A DNA stretch of 51,397 nucleotides from a virus, in the IMG/VR virus record IMGVR_UViG_3300045988_030125; one strand, 5' to 3'. A program made the position numbers and the translations under genes. The notes under the pieces were generated by a model. The model saw nothing but the letters and a program-made list of their open reading frames with translations, had not been told where the DNA came from and searched no databases. Positions 1-6,132 of this stretch are shown in pieces (the stretch's first letter is position 1; the number at the start of each line of letters is the position of its first letter).

Positions 1-55
1 TACTGATAAGCTACCAGGGTCACCGCCCTAACCAATAACCAAACAAACAAACAAA
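1..55. repeat. 55-bp terminal identity, left copy (identical to 51343-51397)
   Basis: Direct comparison shows that the first 55 nt equal the last 55 nt. This length matches a common de Bruijn k-mer overlap for a circular contig. Confidence 0.95.
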
Positions 56-59
56 CAAA
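40..59 (+). repeat. (CAAA)x5 microsatellite
   Basis: Read directly: CAAACAAACAAACAAACAAA. Confidence 0.9.
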
Positions 60-96
60 GCAAAGACGCCGGCGTCAGGGCACACACACCAACCCA

Positions 97-225
97 GGGC
101 CTGTCGAACGTAACCGTAGGGGCCAGCTAACTCGTGTTAGCCAGGCTTTCGTGACCCGCCCCTGTCGAACGTACTAAGGGGGCTGTCGCACGCTAACCGA
201 GGCCCTGCCCTGTCGAACGTAACCT
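97..225 (+). repeat. Cluster of direct repeats with core CCTGTCGAACGTA (three exact cores plus one variant)
   Basis: CTGTCGAACGTA starts at 101, 162 and 210. The variant GCTGTCGCACGCTAACC lies at 182-197. A further copy of CTGTCGAAC starts at 51279. Confidence 0.85.
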
Positions 226-234
226 ACCCCGTGA

Positions 235-289
235 TGTGACGCAGAACACACCTTATCAAGTTGACAGCCACTTAGCGCCTAGCTAAGCT
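235..289 (+). promoter_or_regulatory. Promoter P1 with upstream CRP-like box
   Basis: TGTGA-cgcaga-ACACA lies at 235-250. TTGACA is at 261-266, followed by a 17-nt spacer and TAAGCT at 284-289. Confidence 0.6.
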
Positions 290-295
290 TGAGTT

Positions 296-573
296 ATCGG
301 CAAGGGAAACCCGGCAAGGACGCGAAAGCGACCGCCGAGACGGCCCGGGCGAGGACCTTAGTCCGAATGGTCTTTGTGAACTGAATTACACACAGGGGCG
401 AGGCTTGCACCTGCCGAAAAGTTGGCAACTTTTCCATCGCCTGTGTCGGCTAGGATGCGAACACGCTGAAACTTTACGTTCGGTCAGTAAAATAAGCGTG
501 CACACATGCCTAGGGCCGCTAGAATGACTTTGTACTGACAAAGTGGCGAGTTCAATTCTCGCACGGCTCACCA
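296..573 (+). ncRNA. Candidate structured non-coding RNA ending in a tRNA-like T-arm/acceptor/ACCA
   Basis: The region lies downstream of P1 and has no credible ORF. It contains hairpins GGGAAACCC (304-312) and CGCGAAAGCG (321-330), an 8-bp stem 416-423/427-434 and a long-range stem ACACAGG/CCTGTGT (about 389-395/440-446). It ends with T-arm GCGAG-TTCAATT-CTCGC (546-562), then ACGGCTC, A and CCA (563-573). Confidence 0.45.
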
Positions 574-591
574 AGATTCTGAACAACCAAA

Positions 592-647
592 TGTGACGCG
601 GTTCACACGCTGTCAGCTTGACACGGCCCCCAGGGGTCCGATAGACT
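592..647 (+). promoter_or_regulatory. Promoter P2 with perfect CRP-like box
   Basis: TGTGA-cgcggt-TCACA lies at 592-607. TTGACA is at 618-623, followed by an 18-nt spacer and TAGACT at 642-647. Confidence 0.65.
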
Positions 648-686
648 GTAGTCACAAGATCAAACCACACCGAAGGGTTACCTACC

Positions 687-911
687 ATGCTCATGCTGTC
701 CGATCCCACCACCAACCGCCTGCCCGTGCTCCCCCTGCCGTTCCCCGACTACAGCTGCCTTAAGCACTTCTTCTCGCACGTGCCCGGCTTCAGCACCTAT
801 GACGCCGCCAAGTGGGCACAGATCACCGAACGCGCGTGCTACGGCGACAGGGTGGCCCTCGCCCGCCTTGACGCGGCTGGGTTCTCCCTGATGGTCACCA
901 CGCGGCTCTGA
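687..911 (+). CDS. hypothetical early protein (74 aa), paralog of 2219-2452
   Basis: The ORF is in the track. GAAGGG lies 9 nt upstream of the ATG. The C-terminal half aligns by eye with the 2219-2452 product. Confidence 0.7.
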   Translation: MLMLSDPTTNRLPVLPLPFPDYSCLKHFFSHVPGFSTYDAAKWAQITERACYGDRVALARLDAAGFSLMVTTRL

Positions 912-919
912 CCCCCCTC

Positions 920-946
920 GCCCGGCCCCCTCACCCGGGGCCGGGC
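920..946 (+). terminator. GC-rich hairpin after the first early gene (no U-tract)
   Basis: GCCCGGCCCC (920-929) pairs with GGGGCCGGGC (937-946) around a 7-nt loop. Confidence 0.5.
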
Positions 947-974
947 ACCCTCCCTCCACACAACCAAGGAAGCA

Positions 975-1247
975 TTGTGTACAACCCGAACTTGCCCCCT
1001 TATCCGCGGCCTCAAGGGCGACTTTGAGGTCATTATCGACACGGGCGAGGTGCTTAACGTGACCAGCAACCCCCGGCTTGCTTGCTACTTGGCGCGCTCG
1101 CTTGACCTGCCTATGCCCCGCGCTGACTGCCTTGTCGAGTTGGTTCACAGCGCCTGTCGTGGCAGCGTGCGTGTCGTCGAACTACTAGCACGGATGGACT
1201 GGCAAATTATTCAGCTTGACGCCGATACCTTGCCGTTCACGGTGTGA
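975..1247 (+). CDS. hypothetical protein (90 aa, TTG start)
   Basis: The ORF is in the track, with SD AAGGAAG at 966-972. Confidence 0.6.
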   Translation: MCTTRTCPLIRGLKGDFEVIIDTGEVLNVTSNPRLACYLARSLDLPMPRADCLVELVHSACRGSVRVVELLARMDWQIIQLDADTLPFTV

Positions 1248-1298
1248 TCCACATCACAACCTAACAAGTTGACAACTACCTAGCACCGTTGCTAGGCT
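1243..1298 (+). promoter_or_regulatory. Promoter P3 with perfect CRP-like box
   Basis: TGTGA-tccaca-TCACA lies at 1243-1258. TTGACA is at 1269-1274, followed by an 18-nt spacer and TAGGCT at 1293-1298. Confidence 0.65.
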
Positions 1299-1335
1299 GA
1301 AAGCACAAACCAAACCACACAGAAAGTGAAACACC

Positions 1336-1509
1336 ATGGCACTCCAATACTGGAATGACTGCTTGCAAGCCGCGCGCGACTTTGCCGGTGATTCCGCTGG
1401 CGACTTCGTCATTGAGGCACTGGCATCTGAGCTTTTCGACTGGTGCCCGAATCAGACACCTACGTTGAGCGAGAGTACACAGACGCCGAGATTCAAGCGT
1501 GCGACGTGA
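1336..1509 (+). CDS. hypothetical 57-aa ORF, possibly the N-terminal part of a frameshifted 1336-1805 product
   Basis: I translated this by hand; it is below the track cutoff. The leader AGAAAGTGAAACACC precedes the ATG strongly. The N-terminal 35 aa look protein-like, but the tail looks off-frame. Confidence 0.55.
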   Translation: MALQYWNDCLQAARDFAGDSAGDFVIEALASELFDWCPNQTPTLSESTQTPRFKRAT

Positions 1510-1805
1510 GCACCTGGCAAGATACGTGCGAGCCTACCGAAGATGGTACCCTGCTGTATGAACGCTGGTTCCAGTCCCCGCTGGGACCGGTTCACGTGGG
1601 AGCGTGGGAGAACACCGACGGGCGCGTGTCGCTCACGCTTAGCACGGTGCGGGACGGCGGTTATGACATGTGGGAGCCTACCTCCAAGACCATCGCCGAC
1701 AGCGACAAGCCCTCCACGTGGGGCGAGTTTGACCGGGCCTACGGTTCTCGCAAAGCTTGGGAGTCCGATCTGGCTACTATCGCCGATACGATCCGCGAGT
1801 CTTGA
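1443..1805 (+). CDS. hypothetical protein (120 aa from a GTG lacking an SD)
   Basis: The ORF is in the track and its composition is protein-like. The frame opens at 1431 and has no RBS of its own. Confidence 0.6.
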   Translation: MPESDTYVEREYTDAEIQACDVSTWQDTCEPTEDGTLLYERWFQSPLGPVHVGAWENTDGRVSLTLSTVRDGGYDMWEPTSKTIADSDKPSTWGEFDRAYGSRKAWESDLATIADTIRES

Positions 1806-1817
1806 CACAACTCAACA

Positions 1818-1867
1818 TCCCCGTATCGATGGTGATATAAAGCCCGGTTCAACCCCGGGACGGGGAA
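1818..1867 (+). ncRNA. tRNA-like minihelix B (acceptor stem plus T-arm, about 50 nt)
   Basis: TCCCCGT (1818-1824) pairs with ACGGGGA (1860-1866). The T-arm is CCCGG-TTCAACC-CCGGG (1843-1859). A small stem carries the loop GATGGT. A hairpin follows at 1871-1890. Confidence 0.55.
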
Positions 1868-1919
1868 CGATGCCCCTCAAAACGAGGGCACAAACCAACA
1901 AACCGAAGGGTTAATTATC

Positions 1920-2183
1920 ATGGCACACACCTACAAGACCGATCCCGACTGGGTTAAGGAAGCACGCGGTGAAGCGTGGCACCCCTCCCAGTTCGCCCGC
2001 TACGGTAGCGGGTACACCCGCCACACGCGGGACCTGAGCAAGCGTATTCGCGCCAGGGAGCGTAGGGAGATGGACCGCATCATGCGTGACCTGGAAGCGT
2101 GGGAGGGCTACTACCCGACGGGTAACAGCGTGATTAGGGAGTTCGATACCGAGACCAACGCTCACGCTTGGATGGACTACTAG
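1920..2183 (+). CDS. hypothetical protein (87 aa)
   Basis: The ORF is in the track, preceded by a CA-rich leader with GAAGGG. Confidence 0.7.
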   Translation: MAHTYKTDPDWVKEARGEAWHPSQFARYGSGYTRHTRDLSKRIRARERREMDRIMRDLEAWEGYYPTGNSVIREFDTETNAHAWMDY

Positions 2184-2218
2184 GCCAACAGCCCGTCCCC
2201 ACACAGAAAGCCACAATT

Positions 2219-2452
2219 ATGTCCTACCGCACGTGTACAATAACAGACCATGTTCTGTACAATTTCGAGACGTTTCCCATCTATAACGGTGTAGTTGACC
2301 ATAAGTCGCTTTGCCGTTGGTTTGGGAGCATCCCCGGCTATGACGTGTTTAAGGCCGCGAAAATGGCGACTGCGACACAGCTTGTGCTTTTGGGAGACGC
2401 AAAACAAATGCGCGTGCTCACACAAGCTGGGTTTGACCTGACATTCAACTAA
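2219..2452 (+). CDS. hypothetical protein (77 aa), paralog of 687-911
   Basis: I moved the track ORF start to ATG 2219, which follows CACAGAAAG. The product resembles the 687-911 product by eye. Confidence 0.7.
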   Translation: MSYRTCTITDHVLYNFETFPIYNGVVDHKSLCRWFGSIPGYDVFKAAKMATATQLVLLGDAKQMRVLTQAGFDLTFN

Positions 2453-2483
2453 TCAACAACACAGAAAGACAAAGACAAAGACA

Positions 2484-2870
2484 ATGGGTATTCTTGACAA
2501 TATCAGCAGCGCCGCGTATGACATTATGGCGGGCCGTGTTGGCGATGGGTTCCTGCCTGTCGCTAAGAATTTCAACATCGCTGCGAATCACAACCACCCG
2601 ATTCGCAACAGCCGATTTGACGTTTATTCCTACACAACGCGCGTTGCAGTAGTGAACAAGAATGAGAATGGGGACTGGGACACTTTCGTACACCGTGATG
2701 CGTTCCATCATTCGACAACTACAAGCCGACACGTGCGCCAGTTCCTGTCGGCAATGGCTGGCCGTGTTGACTGGGACGCGCTTTACAAGGCGTGCAACAA
2801 AGCTTGTAAAGATGAAACTATTAACGGTAATGGTAACCCATTCGTCAATGTGAGCCAGTTCACGTACTAA
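2484..2870 (+). CDS. hypothetical protein (128 aa)
   Basis: The ORF is in the track, preceded by the leader CACAGAAAGACAAAG. Confidence 0.75.
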   Translation: MGILDNISSAAYDIMAGRVGDGFLPVAKNFNIAANHNHPIRNSRFDVYSYTTRVAVVNKNENGDWDTFVHRDAFHHSTTTSRHVRQFLSAMAGRVDWDALYKACNKACKDETINGNGNPFVNVSQFTY

Positions 2871-2903
2871 CAGCTTGACAACAACCAGCCAACCAGATAC
2901 TAT
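2849..2903 (+). promoter_or_regulatory. Promoter P4 with CRP-like box
   Basis: TGTGA-gccagt-TCACG lies at 2849-2864. TTGACA is at 2875-2880, followed by a 17-nt spacer and TACTAT at 2898-2903. Confidence 0.6.
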
Positions 2904-2944
2904 TAAGTCATAGGCAAACCACACAACAGAAAGCGAGAACTCAA

Positions 2945-3124
2945 ATGCGAATCAACAAGGACACTATGACCGTTATCAAGGCCGCTACCGCCGCTAAGAT
3001 TACCTTCCGAAAGATGGGAGCCGACTACGGCGATAATCCGAGTGTGCTTGCCGCTATTGACGCGGTGGTTACTGCCCTGGATGGGCTGTCGGATGCAGTA
3101 GTCATGTCAGAAATTGAGGGCTGA
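2945..3124 (+). CDS. hypothetical protein (59 aa)
   Basis: I translated this by hand; it is below the track cutoff. The leader CAGAAAGCGAGAAC precedes the ATG. Confidence 0.65.
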   Translation: MRINKDTMTVIKAATAAKITFRKMGADYGDNPSVLAAIDAVVTALDGLSDAVVMSEIEG

Positions 3125-3127
3125 GCA

Positions 3128-3322
3128 ATGGAACTAACTAATTCTCAACTTGACTTTATCCACATCGCACTTGAAGCGCATATTGAAGCACTCAATAATG
3201 AGCTTAGGGTTGTCAACGAACCACTCGTTACAGAGACAATTCAAGCGCGCATTGACGGTATTCTCCCTGTGCTTGAAGCTCTTGAGTCAGGTGACTACAC
3301 TCTCATTCTGGAAGAATACTAG
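3128..3322 (+). CDS. hypothetical protein (64 aa)
   Basis: The ORF is in the track and is tightly packed against the upstream ORF. Confidence 0.7.
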   Translation: MELTNSQLDFIHIALEAHIEALNNELRVVNEPLVTETIQARIDGILPVLEALESGDYTLILEEY

Positions 3323-3337
3323 GCCCTAGCAAGGGTA

Positions 3338-3386
3338 TCCCTAGCCTGACGGTAGGTAAATGCAGGTTCAACCCCTGCCTAGGGAG
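3338..3386 (+). ncRNA. tRNA-like minihelix C, structural homolog of element B
   Basis: TCCCTAG (3338-3344) pairs with CTAGGGA (3379-3385). The T-arm is GCAGG-TTCAACC-CCTGC (3362-3378). A small stem carries the loop GACGGT. A hairpin follows at 3391-3409. Confidence 0.55.
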
Positions 3387-3437
3387 CTGAGCTAACCAAG
3401 GTGGTTAGCCTACAACAACAACCGGAAGGTGAAAACC

Positions 3438-3902
3438 ATGTGCAATGAATACGCCTACAAGGTCGCTAAGGCCCTCGTTTGGCCCGAACTTACTGTTGAG
3501 TTTGCAGCGGCAGTGGTTAACGGCTGGGTGAACGGTAGTACCATTTGGGACGAAACTTGTACACTCACGGGTGGCTGGGGAAATGATGCAGCGGTGTTCC
3601 TTGCATGGGACAAGATGGGACGTCCCGATGAATCGGAATACCTGGACCCTGGCTACGATCTGGAACGGGACCCTGCCTGTCGCCGTAACATGGTCGCTAA
3701 TGCCCGCATCTCTGCTATGGCTGAGTGTGTGGCAGATGCACTATACAGCGTTGTTGACGAAATTATCGTGAACGAGGGCTGGAAGTGCATCCCCGCTACC
3801 GAAATTGAAACTGATATGCACGGCATTGGGTGGTTGGAGGAGGGCTGTGACGCCCTTGACTGCCATGTCGAAAGCTACCTGTTTAAGCCAGATGGGAGGT
3901 GA
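3438..3902 (+). CDS. hypothetical protein (154 aa)
   Basis: I moved the track ORF start to ATG 3438, which follows GGAAGGTGA. Confidence 0.75.
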   Translation: MCNEYAYKVAKALVWPELTVEFAAAVVNGWVNGSTIWDETCTLTGGWGNDAAVFLAWDKMGRPDESEYLDPGYDLERDPACRRNMVANARISAMAECVADALYSVVDEIIVNEGWKCIPATEIETDMHGIGWLEEGCDALDCHVESYLFKPDGR

Positions 3903-3904
3903 CC

Positions 3905-4417
3905 ATGCCTAGGGTAGAAAACTATAAGTTTGAGGCATTGGACGAAAACTATCAGGTAGATACGTACAATACCGCTAACATTTGCTCCAACACACTTATC
4001 CTTACACGCAAGCCAGAAATAGATATTTATTGGCTTTATTGCTGCTTACCCGAACATGGCTTTGTTTGGGTTACGCACTGGAAGATTTATACCTGCAAAG
4101 AGTTTGCCGAGTATATGCGTGAATACAAGGAAACATACAAGCGTTACCCGGAAAGAATCTGGGGGCACAAAATTAAGGAAGGAAGTAACATGTTGCCTAA
4201 TTGGTATGGTATCCCCGGTATCGGCTTTGAGTGGTGTGGTTCCCAAAATGACCCTATGTTGCACTACAAGGGGCATGTGTTTAACGCCCATGACATGCAA
4301 GATGGGTTGTGGGAGAACTATCGGGACGATTTAGAAATGGGCTATACGTCCCTTGAGTGGGAGGAATATGTCAGGGACAACGCAACTAACTACCTTGACG
4401 ATGCACTATTTTTTTGA
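3905..4417 (+). CDS. hypothetical protein (170 aa)
   Basis: The ORF is in the track. ATG 3905 follows GGGAGGTGA. Confidence 0.75.
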   Translation: MPRVENYKFEALDENYQVDTYNTANICSNTLILTRKPEIDIYWLYCCLPEHGFVWVTHWKIYTCKEFAEYMREYKETYKRYPERIWGHKIKEGSNMLPNWYGIPGIGFEWCGSQNDPMLHYKGHVFNAHDMQDGLWENYRDDLEMGYTSLEWEEYVRDNATNYLDDALFF

Positions 4418-4437
4418 GTGGGAGGAATGGTAACAAC

Positions 4438-4602
4438 ATGATTATGCTAGGTATTATTGGACTCGTTGTCGCTGTTGGGCTTATCTATATGGGCTTTAAG
4501 GGTGACTCTAACCTGACATGCTTCCTGGGTATCCTGTGTGGCGGGATGGTGGGACTCTGTAGGGTTATTCATATTCTTTACGTAATGGGGATGGAGAGTT
4601 AA
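4438..4602 (+). CDS. small membrane protein (54 aa, two hydrophobic helices)
   Basis: The ORF is in the track. ATG 4438 lies 10 nt after GGGAGGAA. The sequence is hydrophobic. Confidence 0.6.
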   Translation: MIMLGIIGLVVAVGLIYMGFKGDSNLTCFLGILCGGMVGLCRVIHILYVMGMES

Positions 4603-4603
4603 C

Positions 4604-4984
4604 ATGTGGGAAGAATTGCTGAGCGTCATTACTGACCGTTATTACCTGCTAGAATCTATGCAGGAAAACGTGGCTGGTTACATTGATCCTGACAAGGGCT
4701 GGGACCTGACACGTGTTAACCCTTGGTTTACCGAGCATGGCTATGAGTTTGTGGGTCTGCTTGACCTGTTCTCTGAAAACGAGGCAAGCGGTGTCTACGT
4801 GAACGTGGATGGTTACGTATGGCGTTGTCGCACTAATGCCGCTGACAATAGCATCTATTGGTACTGGGAGTCCAATAACGAGGGCGTTACCTTGGATGAA
4901 CTGCGCTTCCTGCATGGGTACGTGCACCAATTCATCTGGGACCAAGACGAACAAACGTGTAACGTAGTTCACATGGCAGAATGA
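4604..4984 (+). CDS. hypothetical protein (126 aa)
   Basis: The ORF is in the track, with SD GGAGAG. Confidence 0.75.
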   Translation: MWEELLSVITDRYYLLESMQENVAGYIDPDKGWDLTRVNPWFTEHGYEFVGLLDLFSENEASGVYVNVDGYVWRCRTNAADNSIYWYWESNNEGVTLDELRFLHGYVHQFIWDQDEQTCNVVHMAE

Positions 4985-5041
4985 CCAACAACCTGATAGA
5001 CTAGACACAACAAACCAACCAAGCGAAAGCGAGAAACAAAA

Positions 5042-5560
5042 ATGACCATCGAACTTACCCAGACTGAACACGCGCACACTGTCTATGTTCCCGACGAATG
5101 GGAGTACAACGGACAGACTTTCCAAGTGTGGCAGGATGACTGTGCAGAGTGCCCTATCAAGCAGCTTGACGATGCAAGCGCACTTTGCGTTATCGGTGGG
5201 CCACGTGGATGTATCCTCCACAACCCAGCCGACACTAATTGCCCCGCAATGTGGGAGTTTGATAACTTCCATGAAGAACACGGGCGCATCCTCACACAGG
5301 AAGAATGGGAGAATCTTTGCCCCGATTACTGGGTGTATGTTGGTTGGCACGCTATGGATGCTGAGCGTCTGTTTGCAGCAGCGTTCGACAAGGAAGTGTT
5401 CTCTACCAACCCTTGCGAGTCATGGGTGCATGAGTACTCTATGTGGGCAGACGGCTACGTCTGGGTAGTGTCGAACGAAACTACTGGGGACTGCCTGGCG
5501 GGTATCTATGCCGACAGCGAGGAAGATGCTATCCGAAACTACATCGAAAACTATATGTGA
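5042..5560 (+). CDS. hypothetical protein (172 aa)
   Basis: The ORF is in the track, preceded by the leader GCGAAAGCGAGAAAC. Confidence 0.8.
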   Translation: MTIELTQTEHAHTVYVPDEWEYNGQTFQVWQDDCAECPIKQLDDASALCVIGGPRGCILHNPADTNCPAMWEFDNFHEEHGRILTQEEWENLCPDYWVYVGWHAMDAERLFAAAFDKEVFSTNPCESWVHEYSMWADGYVWVVSNETTGDCLAGIYADSEEDAIRNYIENYM

Positions 5561-5562
5561 GA

Positions 5563-5718
5563 ATGATGGAAATTAAGGTTTGCGCGGTACTACTAATCGC
5601 ACTCGGCGTGTTCGCCCTTATTTCCTACAGTTTTACAGGCCATGCGCAGATGGTGTTCTATGGGACTATGGGCGTAACGGCTGGGACAATGACACTACTA
5701 CTCTACGAGGGAGAATGA
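5563..5718 (+). CDS. small membrane protein (51 aa)
   Basis: This uses the in-frame ATG of track ORF 5443-5718. The sequence is hydrophobic and the RBS is weak. Confidence 0.5.
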   Translation: MMEIKVCAVLLIALGVFALISYSFTGHAQMVFYGTMGVTAGTMTLLLYEGE

Positions 5719-5719
5719 C

Positions 5720-6031
5720 ATGATTCAGATTAACAACCTTGAAGCACTCAAAGACTTTGACACCGCCGTCGCGTACCGTGCCAAGGATTTGGGGCTTGAG
5801 CCGGGAGAATGGGACTTTGTCACTTGCAACGGCGCCCTCCAACTTTATGAGCACTACGAGGAAATGGCCGCTGATACGATGGATGGTATCGTATCGCCAA
5901 TTGAACTACTCGGCAAGGAATACAAGCCTAGCGACATTGCTAGGGAGGTAGACCCTGCTGGTTGGCAAGCGTTTGTCGAACTGGGCATTGCATTTGCCAT
6001 TGCTAACGATCTGGTTAGGAAGATCGTTTAA
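5720..6031 (+). CDS. hypothetical protein (103 aa)
   Basis: The ORF is in the track. Confidence 0.75.
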   Translation: MIQINNLEALKDFDTAVAYRAKDLGLEPGEWDFVTCNGALQLYEHYEEMAADTMDGIVSPIELLGKEYKPSDIAREVDPAGWQAFVELGIAFAIANDLVRKIV

Positions 6032-6132
6032 TGTTCGCGGTCGCCTACTATGCGCTATTCTTTATAGCTGCACTCATCCCTACGTCCATTTACTGCCACC
6101 ACAAAGAAAGTGAGAACAACAATGAAGACTGA
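6031..6132 (+). CDS. possible 33-aa hydrophobic peptide
   Basis: I translated this by hand. Its start overlaps the upstream stop as TAATG. It overlaps the next start by 11 nt. Confidence 0.3.
   Translation: MFAVAYYALFFIAALIPTSIYCHHKESENNNED

Noticed and set aside
100-220. Actinobacterial LexA/SOS boxes (TCGAAC-N4-GTTCGA) in the CCTGTCGAAC repeats
   Set aside because: Only the TCGAAC half-site is present. The second half (GTTCGA) is absent in every copy.
529-570. Functional attP site for integration into a tRNA gene
   Set aside because: No integrase or excisionase-integrase pair is present anywhere in the window. This survives only as an alternative 'relic' reading in the ncRNA finding.
296-573. 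tmRNA hypothesis for the structured RNA with an ACCA end
   Set aside because: No 5' sequence pairs convincingly with the 3' acceptor strand at tmRNA distance. There is no G3:U70 pair. There is no tag reading frame ending in a typical hydrophobic ...AA motif. At about 280 nt it is also short for a tmRNA.
513-573. Canonical tRNA (for example tRNA-Thr UGU)
   Set aside because: Only about 58 nt separate the acceptor strands. There is no D-arm, and the 5' strand of the anticodon stem is missing.
386-715. 109-aa minus-strand ORF across the structured RNA region
   Set aside because: It has no RBS, runs against both flanking promoters, and overlaps the tRNA-like module and promoter P2.
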